From: Gemmatimonadales bacterium
GTDB lineage: Bacteria > Gemmatimonadota > Gemmatimonadetes > Gemmatimonadales > GWC2-71-9
Assembly: GCA_041577295.1 (NCBI GenBank)
Contig: JBFGJG010000017.1
Span: 1-64,000 of the forward strand
Direction: 5' to 3'
DNA: 64,000 nt
The position numbers and the translations under genes are program-made. The notes beneath the pieces were generated by a model that saw only the letters and a list, made by a program, of their open reading frames with translations, made no database searches and was not told the origin of the DNA. Shown in pieces: positions 9,263-18,014 of this stretch (the first letter of the stretch is position 1; each line of letters begins with the position of its first letter).

Positions 9263-10180
9263 CTAAAAGACTACGCCACCGTCATCAGAACCCTCCTTCC
9301 GGCCCAGCGGGCAACCGCGCTCGTTTGAGCTCTCGAACACGCTCTTAAGCCCGTTGTAATCTTTCTTCTTGCCGGGATACACATCGTTGAAGGCGGCTAT
9401 AACACCGTCCACGGAATGGTCGTAGCCGACGTCCGGCGAAGCCGCGTTCAACAGCGCCGCGACCGTATGGCGGCCCAGGGCGTTGAGCCCACCGCCTCCC
9501 TGACCGAGGACATCGAGCAGGGTCTTGCCGGGGAACGCATTCTCGAAGACCGCGCTGAACTGCGTGTGGGGCGTATACGGCGCGGTCCACCAGCCAAAGT
9601 GGTGCGACTGTTTCCAGAATCCGGGTGTGCACCCATCCGCACCTGGCGGTGGGGGTGGCGGAGGCGGCGGTGGTGGCGGCGGCGGCGAATTATGGAACAC
9701 CACGACCGTACCTTTTTGAGCCCACGCCTGACCGGACACGGTGTTGGTTCCCGCAATGGTCTCCCACGGTCCTGCTACGGGCTGCAGCGTACCGCTCACG
9801 ACGAGCAGCTCCGCAACCTGCTTTTCTATGTAGTCTGGGGTTCCAGAGGTCTCGGTGACCGTCACGGTGGCCGGCGTTGCGAACGCTCGAGCGTTCAGCA
9901 GAATGCGGGCGCACTCGCTGTCGGTGAGCGTGACCGTGCCCGCGTACTCACCGTTGATGGTCACGTCGAAGGTCCCCTCCCCACCAAACTTGATGAGCTT
10001 GAAGAGTCCGACTTCGACCCCCGGACTCGTACACGCCTCGACCGTCGGGATGTCGCTCACCAGAAACATCGGCGAGGAAACCTCCAGCGGTGTGCTACTC
10101 TCAGTACAGCCAGCCATTAGGGCGATTCCAGTGGCCAGCCACCCCCAGCCGTATAACCGGCCGGACCCCCGCGTACGCAT
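9263..10180 (-). CDS. Lipoprotein with a 14-Pro linker and a C-terminal GCTPGFWK domain
   Basis: GGAGGAG RBS before ATG 10180, lipobox MAGC, Pro14, GCTPGFWK...GGGGLNALGRHTVAALLNA. Confidence 0.8.
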   Translation of the reverse strand: MRTRGSGRLYGWGWLATGIALMAGCTESSTPLEVSSPMFLVSDIPTVEACTSPGVEVGLFKLIKFGGEGTFDVTINGEYAGTVTLTDSECARILLNARAFATPATVTVTETSGTPDYIEKQVAELLVVSGTLQPVAGPWETIAGTNTVSGQAWAQKGTVVVFHNSPPPPPPPPPPPPPPGADGCTPGFWKQSHHFGWWTAPYTPHTQFSAVFENAFPGKTLLDVLGQGGGGLNALGRHTVAALLNAASPDVGYDHSVDGVIAAFNDVYPGKKKDYNGLKSVFESSNERGCPLGRKEGSDDGGVVF

Positions 10181-10281
10181 ATTTGCTCCTCCGAGTGTGG
10201 TCCCTATCCGCGCGTCATTGCGCAACGCGCCCCGGGGGCCACCAACCGGAGGCCCCCTAGGACGCGCAGATTGAGCGAGTC

Positions 10282-10295
10282 GCAGGAAGTGTTCC
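10282..10295 (-). promoter_or_regulatory. Possible sigma54 promoter of the polyproline lipoprotein gene
   Basis: Minus strand GGAACACTTCCTGC (GG-N10-GC). Confidence 0.35.
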
Positions 10296-10445
10296 CAGGG
10301 TATCAGACCGAGTTGCTGTGGTGGAAGCGGAGGTGCGGGTTGATATTACCGCCGTTCGTCTCGCCAGTCGGGCTACCGTCTGGGCGCGGGCGTTGTGGCG
10401 GACGCACCACACCGGTTTTCGCAGGGGGGTAGCGGCGGGATCAAT

Positions 10446-10880
10446 TCAGTAAGGCCGGAAGACGCCTCGTTCCGAAAGTATGGACGCGAGCCCACTGTCC
10501 ACCCGCACCAGGTACCCTATGGTGCCCCTGACCGGTGCCCGCTCCGTTTCCGCTTCAGAGACCACGGTGTAGAACCGATCGCCGAGTCGAACCACAAAGC
10601 CGCGGTACTGGGTCTGACCACCCCAGCCAATTCCGTCGAACGAGGCACTGTCCCCCGGGGCCAACACCCCCCACGTGGAGTCCCACGCGACGACTCGCGC
10701 CAGGGCTGCATCCACCGCGACCCCGCTGGCCTGCAGATGGGCAAGAGTATTCCACCCCGCTCGCTGTTCGTACATCCCCAGCAGGAACGCGCCCGCCACG
10801 AGGATCTCAATCACGACCAGCGCCAGTAGTGTAACCGGGAGCGCGAATCCGGAAGCGCGTTTCGCGGGTGCTGGACTCAC
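10446..10880 (-). CDS. Short PilX-like minor pilin (cassette 2)
   Basis: SG/FALPVTL without E5; similar to the N-terminal part of 6028-7149 (GAF..GM.EQ..G.NT, GDS..F.G, YRG.V.RL). GTG 10880 overlaps the upstream stop. Confidence 0.7.
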   Translation of the reverse strand: MSPAPAKRASGFALPVTLLALVVIEILVAGAFLLGMYEQRAGWNTLAHLQASGVAVDAALARVVAWDSTWGVLAPGDSASFDGIGWGGQTQYRGFVVRLGDRFYTVVSEAETERAPVRGTIGYLVRVDSGLASILSERGVFRPY

Positions 10881-11839
10881 CACCTGGAGTTCCCCCGCAA
10901 CGCGACGGCCGTCCGAACGGTATCCCTGAGGTAGCCCAGGCCACCCGTCCATGTCCTGACCATCCGGGCACTCCGTCCCACCACACTCACGCTGACACGC
11001 GCAGCGGCCTGCGTGTCCAGCGCAGCGGCACCGTCACGATCCAGATATCGAAAGGTGACCCCGGCGCGATGCACGGGTCCAACCAGAGGTTGGATCCGAG
11101 TCCACCCTGTGCTCTTGTTGTGTTGCCGGAGGCCGAGCCACCAATCTCCACGAGCATCCGGATACGACGTGATCTGCACGGCTTCCACGCCTCGAACCGG
11201 GGCACCAGGGCGCACGTCAGCGAGGCCAAGGGCCGGCCGAATGCCGTCGATCAACAGCTCCCAGCTCGGGGCGCTGCCAGGACACGCATTCCCGGCTGTT
11301 GGCGAGCCACGCAGGCTGGCGTGCAGCCAGTAGTCGTCGCCGATGGTACCTCCCGCCTCCGCATACACCATGAGAGAGTCACGATTCGGATCCAGCTGAC
11401 GCATTCCGTACGAAGGGCGCTGCCAGACTTGGAGGACCCCCGTGCCGTTTGCACTCACCGGCCGTTGACAAATGAAGTAAAGCCTGCGCATGGCCTTGTA
11501 CGCGATGATCGTGTCCTCTAGCGACAGGAGGTCACTACCAAGCGTATCTGTCGCGTTCAACTCGAGCAGCTCAAGCGGAATCATCGACGCCACCGCGCGC
11601 ACATTGGCGCGCAATTCCACCCGCTCCCACTGCAGCCGGTGAACACGCTGAGCGCCCAGCAAGACCCGGTAGACGGCACTCAGGACCAATCCGGCGAGCA
11701 CCACCGCGATCAACAGCTCGACGATTGTGAGGCCGAGCGCGGCTGGCTGGCTGGGAACGTGGGGATGGGCTGGACTGATGGGATCACCACCGTCCCGACG
11801 AGGAAAGCGCCTTGACTTCCCTGCCGCCGGACTCAGCAT
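10877..11839 (-). CDS. PilW-like minor pilin (cassette 2)
   Basis: G/LTIVELLI; collinear paralog of 7172-8107 (ERV.L..NVRA, YKAMR, PSYG.R..D.NRDS, VALR). Confidence 0.8.
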   Translation of the reverse strand: MLSPAAGKSRRFPRRDGGDPISPAHPHVPSQPAALGLTIVELLIAVVLAGLVLSAVYRVLLGAQRVHRLQWERVELRANVRAVASMIPLELLELNATDTLGSDLLSLEDTIIAYKAMRRLYFICQRPVSANGTGVLQVWQRPSYGMRQLDPNRDSLMVYAEAGGTIGDDYWLHASLRGSPTAGNACPGSAPSWELLIDGIRPALGLADVRPGAPVRGVEAVQITSYPDARGDWWLGLRQHNKSTGWTRIQPLVGPVHRAGVTFRYLDRDGAAALDTQAAARVSVSVVGRSARMVRTWTGGLGYLRDTVRTAVALRGNSRW

Positions 11840-12180
11840 ATGATCGTCGTCAGGAAGGTGTCAGCACGAGTGCCTCGCGCCGTTGGGGACTGGACGGCGA
11901 CGATCATACGCCGGGCTCGTCCAGCAGCCAGGTCAGCCGTGGTCCACGTCACTACGAAGGATCCGTGGGCAGTGGTTCCCGAAGTCATGCTTGCGCACCC
12001 CCGCGCACGTAGCATCTCCAATCGTTCACTGGCCAACCTGCTCACGCTGCTGTAACGACCTCCCTGCCCGATCATCCGCGTCGTCACAGCCGCTGTTCCC
12101 ACCAAACCCAATAAGCCGATGGAAAGGAGCAGCATGGCAATGAGCACTTCGAGCACCGTGAGCCCTGCGGTCGTTCGCAT
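11833..12180 (-). CDS. PilV-like minor pilin (cassette 2)
   Basis: G/LTVLEVLIA; paralog of 8134-8481 (TAAVTTRMIGQG, QSPT.RG.RADTF.TTI.C). Confidence 0.82.
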   Translation of the reverse strand: MRTTAGLTVLEVLIAMLLLSIGLLGLVGTAAVTTRMIGQGGRYSSVSRLASERLEMLRARGCASMTSGTTAHGSFVVTWTTADLAAGRARRMIVAVQSPTARGTRADTFLTTIIC

Positions 12181-12219
12181 GGCATCAAGGTGAGGCCATC
12201 GCTGATTGGGGGAGGTATC

Positions 12220-12244
12220 AAAACGGCCCGCGACGGGGCCGTTT
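12220..12244 (-). terminator. Rho-independent terminator after response regulator 2
   Basis: AAACGGCCC-N6-GGGCCGTTT stem ending in a short U-run on the minus strand. Confidence 0.6.
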
Positions 12245-12253
12245 CTACGCGCG

Positions 12254-13600
12254 TTAGTTTAGATCCAGCGCCTTCAACTTGTAGAAGAGATTGCGCACGC
12301 TGATGCCGAGTAGGCGCGCGGCCTGTTGCCGGTTTCCGTCTGTTCGCGCCAAGGCCGCGCCAATCGCCTCGCGCTCAGCGTTAGCCACAACTTCCTTGAG
12401 CGTCGGTAACGTGTCTGACGGTAGCGCGGGCGAGGCACCGTTGCTGCCTGGGTTGAGCAACAAATCCTCTAGCCGGATCACCCCATCTCGTGACAACACC
12501 GCAGCTCTTTCCAACGCGTTCTCAAGCTCACGAATGTTGCCGCGCCATGGATGTGAGCGCATCGCATTGAGAACCTCGGGGCTTACGGTGACCTGCTGCC
12601 CCGCCCGCTCAGCGGCCCTGCGCACGAGGGTGGTGACCAAGCCATCCAAGTCCTCGAGCCGTTCGCGGAGGGGAGGGATGTGGATGCGTACGACGTTGAG
12701 TCGGTAGTAAAGATCCTCGCGGAAGCTCCCGCTCTTGACTTCCTGCTCCATGTTGCGCGCGGTCGCTGCTAACACACGCACGTCCACCTCGCGGGTGGTG
12801 GTCTCACCAACCCGACGGATTTCACCTTCCTGCAGAACGCGCAAGAGTTTGGCTTGCAGGCCGAGTGGCAAGTCACCAATCTCGTCGAGCAGCAGGGTGC
12901 CACCGCTCGCCTCCTCGAAGAGACCAGGCCGATCATGCGACGCTCCGGTAAAGGCGCCCTTCCGGTGGCCAAACAGTTCTGACTCGAGAAGATTATCGGG
13001 AATTGCCGCGCAGTTTACGGCGATGAACGGTTTGTCTTTCCTGGGACTCATGCGATGGATCGCCCGCGCCACAACCTCTTTGCCCGTTCCGCTTTCTCCC
13101 GTGATCAACACGGTCGTCGCATGGTGAGCAACGCGCGTGGCCAGATCCATTACCTGTCGCATCGCCCGCGATTCGGCAACCACGTCCGTCTCCTGCCGGC
13201 GCGCCAGCTCAGCTTCGAGGCTCGCGACGCGATCACGCAACTGCTCCCGCTCAGCAGCCTTGCGCAACGTCAGCACCACTTCATCCGAGCGGAAGGGCTT
13301 TGGCAGGTAATCGTAAGCCCCCTCCTTCATCGCCTCGATGGCCGCATCCTCGCCACCGTATGCGCTCATCATGATGACGAGTGCCTCGCCACCTTCTTTG
13401 CGATAGCGCTTGAGGAACTCCACGCCATCCATGTGCGGCATTTTGACATCGCACAGCACTACGTCAAACATCTCGCTCAGCGCGCGCCGGAGGCCGGTCT
13501 TAGGAGCACCCTCCGCAGTAACGTCGTACCCCTCGGCGGCTAGCAGAAGCGAAAGCGAGCGTCTCAGCCCGTCATCGTCGTCGACTACGAGAAGCCTCAC
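12254..13600 (-). CDS. Sigma54-dependent response regulator (NtrC family, PilR2-like)
   Basis: Receiver domain, GESGTGKE, GAFTGA, WRGNIREL, Fis HTH. Confidence 0.93.
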   Translation of the reverse strand: MRLLVVDDDDGLRRSLSLLLAAEGYDVTAEGAPKTGLRRALSEMFDVVLCDVKMPHMDGVEFLKRYRKEGGEALVIMMSAYGGEDAAIEAMKEGAYDYLPKPFRSDEVVLTLRKAAEREQLRDRVASLEAELARRQETDVVAESRAMRQVMDLATRVAHHATTVLITGESGTGKEVVARAIHRMSPRKDKPFIAVNCAAIPDNLLESELFGHRKGAFTGASHDRPGLFEEASGGTLLLDEIGDLPLGLQAKLLRVLQEGEIRRVGETTTREVDVRVLAATARNMEQEVKSGSFREDLYYRLNVVRIHIPPLRERLEDLDGLVTTLVRRAAERAGQQVTVSPEVLNAMRSHPWRGNIRELENALERAAVLSRDGVIRLEDLLLNPGSNGASPALPSDTLPTLKEVVANAEREAIGAALARTDGNRQQAARLLGISVRNLFYKLKALDLN

Positions 13601-15009
13601 CCTGCAACCGCCTTTCTGCTTGGGGTGCTGGGCGCGGGAGCCGCAACCACGGGAATCTCCACGTGGCCTATTGCCGTCGCCGAATCTGCCGGAAGCTCCT
13701 CAGCACTGACTGATCGCACTCCTTCTCCGACGACGGAGACATGCTTTGGTAGAAACACCTTGAACGCCGCACCACCCTCCCGTGCGTCGTCGACCCAGAC
13801 GACTCCGCCCATTTCGTCTACTGTGCGCCCCACGATCGCTAAGCCCAGTCCGGTACCGCAGCCCGGTGGCTTGGTCGTGAAAAACGGGTCGAACACTTTC
13901 TCACGGTCCTCGACTGGCACGCCGGGACCCGAGTCAGCGACCCACAAAACGACGCCGGGGGTACTCTCGGCCAGCTCCGGCCGCCAGGGACGCCTCCCCG
14001 ATATCCGGTAGCCCGGCGGGGGCGCCAGCGCGTCGTCGCGCCGACGATCGGTCACCATGTCCGCGTGATACTCCATCTCTTGCGCACCGATTGAGACGGT
14101 GCCACCGGGCGCAGCATCGGCCGCGTTGAGGAGTAGGTTCACGATGACCTGTTCGAGTGAGTGTGCGTCTCCCTTTACCGAAACCGCCTTATCCGGAAGC
14201 GCCCGATGAAGCGTCAAGCCCTTCAGGACACCTTGGTGGGTCAATAGCTCAACGACGCCGTGCAGCACTGCGGAGACGTCCACGTGGTCGGCCTGATCAC
14301 GGTGGCGGCGCCCGGCATAGTCGAGCAGTCCTCGGACGATGCGATCGATACGGCCGGCTTCGAGCTCCATGGATCGTACGAGGTCCGAATCGCCGCCCCG
14401 CTTTTTCAAGACTTCGAGGTAAGTCCCGATGGCGGAAAGTGGGTTACCAACCTCGTGCGCCACACCAGCCGCCAACCGACCGACGCTGGCAAGCTTCTCA
14501 GCCCGAACCAGCTGCCGCTGCGCGTCCAGCAGACGTTCAGTCATGTGATTGAAGCGCTCCGCCAAATGCGCGAACTCCCGAGTTTCCGCTACAGGTGCGC
14601 GGTGCACCAGATTGCCACTCGCGACTTCATCTGCCCCTCTGGTCAGCGCGCCCAGCGGGGTTAAAACCAGGCGCTCAACCAGATACCGGCCGAAGAGGAA
14701 CAAGACGGTGACATCGGCAACGATGAGCACGACCAGCGCGATGACCGCAAAGTCCGGTCGGAAGAGTTGGGCCAACAACGTGGCCAGGACCGCGATGGAC
14801 AGCGCTGCGGTGGCGAGAAGCGCGAGACCAAAAAGTAGCTCGCGCTTGAGCCCGGGCCGCGGCGCGGCGCGACGAGCTGGAGCGACCGACGGCATCAGAT
14901 CGCTAGCCGAAATAGAAGCGGGCGACGGAATGTTCCTATCGCCCGGTCGAGGCCCGCGTAGGGCGGCGGGGGCCGGACCGCCATTATTGGCAGGCTGGTT
15001 CGCCCTCAT
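13597..15009 (-). CDS. HAMP sensor histidine kinase (PilS2-like)
   Basis: 2 TM, HAMP, AHEVGNPL H-box, FDPFFTTK, GTGLGL. True start may be ATG 14895. Confidence 0.9.
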   Translation of the reverse strand: MRANQPANNGGPAPAALRGPRPGDRNIPSPASISASDLMPSVAPARRAAPRPGLKRELLFGLALLATAALSIAVLATLLAQLFRPDFAVIALVVLIVADVTVLFLFGRYLVERLVLTPLGALTRGADEVASGNLVHRAPVAETREFAHLAERFNHMTERLLDAQRQLVRAEKLASVGRLAAGVAHEVGNPLSAIGTYLEVLKKRGGDSDLVRSMELEAGRIDRIVRGLLDYAGRRHRDQADHVDVSAVLHGVVELLTHQGVLKGLTLHRALPDKAVSVKGDAHSLEQVIVNLLLNAADAAPGGTVSIGAQEMEYHADMVTDRRRDDALAPPPGYRISGRRPWRPELAESTPGVVLWVADSGPGVPVEDREKVFDPFFTTKPPGCGTGLGLAIVGRTVDEMGGVVWVDDAREGGAAFKVFLPKHVSVVGEGVRSVSAEELPADSATAIGHVEIPVVAAPAPSTPSRKAVAG

Positions 15010-15364
15010 TCTTTGATGGTGGGATGGGGGTCGCCCCCGATCCGTAGAAGATGGCGCACGTCTGACTCGTGCCGGCGTGCTTCGCGCTGGCCGACCAGCC
15101 GTTCGCCACCACGTTTGAGATGTTGACCGTCACCCCGGACGACGCCTGGAACCGCGTTCCCAGATCCGACGTGTAGGTCTGGAAATCGGCCAAGTAGCCT
15201 TCCTCAGCAGTAACCAGATTGCGGAGATCGGCCTTCATCGACGTGAGGTACGCTTTCTCTTTCGTGTTGGTGAACTTCGGAATCGCGATCGCTGCAAGAA
15301 TGCCGATGATGACCACGACAATCAGCAACTCTATGAGCGTAAAACCCCTTGGGTGAGAACCCAT
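14984..15364 (-). CDS. Type IVa pilin (second copy)
   Basis: RG/FTLIELLIVVVIIGILAAIAIP, C-terminal Cys pair. Confidence 0.92.
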   Translation of the reverse strand: MGSHPRGFTLIELLIVVVIIGILAAIAIPKFTNTKEKAYLTSMKADLRNLVTAEEGYLADFQTYTSDLGTRFQASSGVTVNISNVVANGWSASAKHAGTSQTCAIFYGSGATPIPPSKNEGEPACQ

Positions 15365-15391
15365 TGTGCCTCTCCGCCAGAGATTGCTCGA

Positions 15392-15479
15392 CTAGCATCA
15401 AACCTCGAACAGCACTCGGGGCGGTGAAGCCTGGCTCCACCGCCCCGTTGCATGTGAGCCTGCTCGAAGTCGATGCTAG
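15392..15479 (-). other. Long two-tier RNA hairpin between the two pilin genes
   Basis: Outer ~20 bp stem and inner 14 bp stem; the mismatches are G-U pairs only on the minus (transcribed) strand. Confidence 0.75.
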
Positions 15480-15486
15480 ATCGCTA

Positions 15487-15870
15487 CTACTTGCAGCGTG
15501 GCTCGCCTTCCGGAGCAGCGGCGTCCACCGGATTCGTGTGCCCCACACCGAGCGCGATACCGCACTTGATGGCGGTGCCGGTGTGCGTGCCCGTGGCGGA
15601 CCAGCCCTTACCATCCGGGCCTGCGATCGTCACCGTCACGCCAGGCGATGCGCTGTACTGGGTGGTGGCAAATGTGCCGGTGTACGTCGTGTAGTCGGCG
15701 AAGTACGCCTCTTCCGCGTTTACCAGATTGCGGAGATCGGACTTCATCGACGCGACATACGCCTTTTCTTTCGTGTTGGCGAACTTGGGAATCGCGATGG
15801 CGGCCAAGATGCCGATAATCACCACCACGATCAGCAGTTCGATAAGTGTGAAACCCTTGCGATTCAGCAT
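15487..15870 (-). CDS. pilA: Type IVa major pilin
   Basis: KG/FTLIELLIVVVIIGILAAIAIP, GGAGGAG RBS, own sigma54 promoter, tandem TAG TAG stop. Confidence 0.93.
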   Translation of the reverse strand: MLNRKGFTLIELLIVVVIIGILAAIAIPKFANTKEKAYVASMKSDLRNLVNAEEAYFADYTTYTGTFATTQYSASPGVTVTIAGPDGKGWSATGTHTGTAIKCGIALGVGHTNPVDAAAPEGEPRCK

Positions 15871-15935
15871 CGACTCCTCCCAAAGCAGAATGTTGTTCTC
15901 TCGACGAGGTTAACAGCCTCTCGGCGCCCGAGGTG

Positions 15936-15949
15936 GCAAGCCCCGTGCC
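15936..15949 (-). promoter_or_regulatory. Sigma54 (-24/-12) promoter of pilA
   Basis: Minus strand GGCACGGGGCTTGC, matching GGCACG-N4-TTGC. Confidence 0.85.
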
Positions 15950-16169
15950 CATGCCCAGCGAAGCACTCTATGCCATTGTAGGACATTGAGTTAACAGACT
16001 CGGTAGGGGGCGCGCTCACCACGGCCAGTGGCCAATCGGCCCTTCAAAATGCAAAGTCCCCCGCTTGACGCAACGGTCGCCGGAGCCTGAACACAATCAC
16101 ACTGTTTTGATACTGTCGTTTAAACGAACTCGTAATCCCTTGAAAATCCGACAGTTGCGACGATCGGAT

Positions 16170-18014
16170 CTATACACCCTCCTCGCAGTCCAACCCCCGC
16201 TCCGCGGCCAAGGTCCGTAGTCGCATAATGAGCTCTGGACGGAACGCCTTCAGAGGCAAGAGCGTCGCATTGACCTCCCAGCAAAACGCCTCGCTCAGGT
16301 CACTGACCGCCCCCGCCGCTGCCACTGCCGAATCGAGGCCCGGTCCGACGGTGCTGAGCCTGAGTCCCAACCATTGTAACCGAAGCCGCGCAAACTGCTG
16401 CTGCCACTCGGGCGCCTGGGCCTGCGTCAGCAGCAATGCGTAGTCCTCGGCCACTCCCCTGTTCCCCGGTTCGACCGTCAGCGAGTGCCGCAACACGGCG
16501 ATCGCTGAGTCGCGCTTCCCCAGGGCAAGATAAGAGTCCACGAGAAACCGGGTGAGCTCGGGATGTCCCGGCGAGCGTGCGTAGGCCCGCACAGACTCTC
16601 CGAGTGCGAGACTCCGCGCACCTCGCGCGAGGGCAATTGGGACCAAGAGCCTCGTGGTGAATGGATCCTCAAACAGCTCCGTCGCGGTGAGCAACTCTCG
16701 TAGGGCCCGAACGGAGTCCCCGCTGACCGCATAGACTTCGCTCAGCCAAACATGGGCCCGGTAGTTCTCCGGATGGCGCAGCAACTCCCGAGTAACGGTG
16801 GTGGCCGTGTCCCGCCATACCGGCGTCCTGGTCAGCGTGCGCACTGTGAAGACCACGAGGATCAACGCGACCGCCCCGCCGAGCATTCGTCGCTCCCTGG
16901 CACCGAAGTGCAAGGCGGGCTTACTCACCACCCATCCGAGGACCGCTGCAGGCGCGATGGCGGCAAGATAGAGTGTGCGTTCGGCCATGACGATCCCAGC
17001 CGGGAAAAACAGATTGGACGTCGGAAGGAAGGACCCCGCCGCCACGAGAATTCCAAATGCAACCGCCGGCGCTTTGCGGGAGACCGCAAAGGCCAACGCG
17101 AGCAGGGCACCCGACGTCACCGCCGCGATGGACGCGACGAGCCCCCATTCCGTCCGCTGCGGAATGACGAGGGGACTGTAGTCTGCGGCAAGCTGCATTG
17201 GCCATACCAGCAGCCTGACGAGGTCGAGTTGGGCCGGCACGGCAGTGGCGATCCGTTCCCACGGGGAGAGCCACCGAATCCCCGCCGCAACCGTGGCCTC
17301 AGCGTATTCCGCGGCAATCGCCCGCCACAGAAACAGCCATCCGACTGTCAACGCGGTGACGGATAGATAAAGGCCGAGCGTGCTCCGCCTACTGCGCTCT
17401 GGATCCAACCACTGATCGACAATGAGAACGCCGATCGTAACCACCGCGTGTTCCTTGCTGAACAGCGCCGTCGCCGTCGCCGCGAGAACCGCGATGAGCC
17501 ACCGGTTGGCGTGACGTTCATCGGCGCGACGAAATCGCCGGGCAGCCAACACGGCCAGCAGCATGCCGCTCGCCGCCATTACCTCGGTCCGCCCAATGAC
17601 GTTCGCAACCGCCTCGACGTGAACCGGATGCACGGCAAACAGCAACCCGCCGGTGAGTGCCCCAACTAGCGTGAGCCACCGAAGCAGGACGAGTACGACG
17701 AGCGCGGTGGCGAACCCATGCAAGAGCGCGTTGGTTGCGTGAAACCACCACGGCGCACCGCCCGAGATCGTCCAGTCGATGGCGTAAGAGAGCACGGCCA
17801 TCGGCCGATAGAGTCCCGCCCGCGCTCCCTCGACGGTGGGCCAGTACGGCTCGAAAAATTGCGACAACGCCGTTGGAACATCGTGTGCAGCGGCATTGTC
17901 TCGCACGAGGAACGGGTCATCGATGGCCCACCGGTTTCCCAGCGCGTTGACGTACACCAGAGACGCGACAAGCGCAGCCAACCACGCCGCCCGAGCAGGT
18001 GTCAGCCTTGGCAT
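16170..18014 (-). CDS. TMTC-like GT-C membrane glycosyltransferase with C-terminal TPR-like helices
   Basis: DD motif after TM1, LYRP, HPVHVEAVANVIGRTE, SKE, AERTLY, WRD..T; helical C-terminus. Confidence 0.8.
   Translation of the reverse strand: MPRLTPARAAWLAALVASLVYVNALGNRWAIDDPFLVRDNAAAHDVPTALSQFFEPYWPTVEGARAGLYRPMAVLSYAIDWTISGGAPWWFHATNALLHGFATALVVLVLLRWLTLVGALTGGLLFAVHPVHVEAVANVIGRTEVMAASGMLLAVLAARRFRRADERHANRWLIAVLAATATALFSKEHAVVTIGVLIVDQWLDPERSRRSTLGLYLSVTALTVGWLFLWRAIAAEYAEATVAAGIRWLSPWERIATAVPAQLDLVRLLVWPMQLAADYSPLVIPQRTEWGLVASIAAVTSGALLALAFAVSRKAPAVAFGILVAAGSFLPTSNLFFPAGIVMAERTLYLAAIAPAAVLGWVVSKPALHFGARERRMLGGAVALILVVFTVRTLTRTPVWRDTATTVTRELLRHPENYRAHVWLSEVYAVSGDSVRALRELLTATELFEDPFTTRLLVPIALARGARSLALGESVRAYARSPGHPELTRFLVDSYLALGKRDSAIAVLRHSLTVEPGNRGVAEDYALLLTQAQAPEWQQQFARLRLQWLGLRLSTVGPGLDSAVAAAGAVSDLSEAFCWEVNATLLPLKAFRPELIMRLRTLAAERGLDCEEGV

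Noticed and set aside
9644..9685. GGN/CCN triplet run as a phase-variation tract
   Set aside because: Mixed Pro codons, in frame; it is a protein-level linker.
14984..15364. Silent pilin cassette for antigenic variation
   Set aside because: It has a full leader and RBS, and synonymous divergence argues against ongoing gene conversion.
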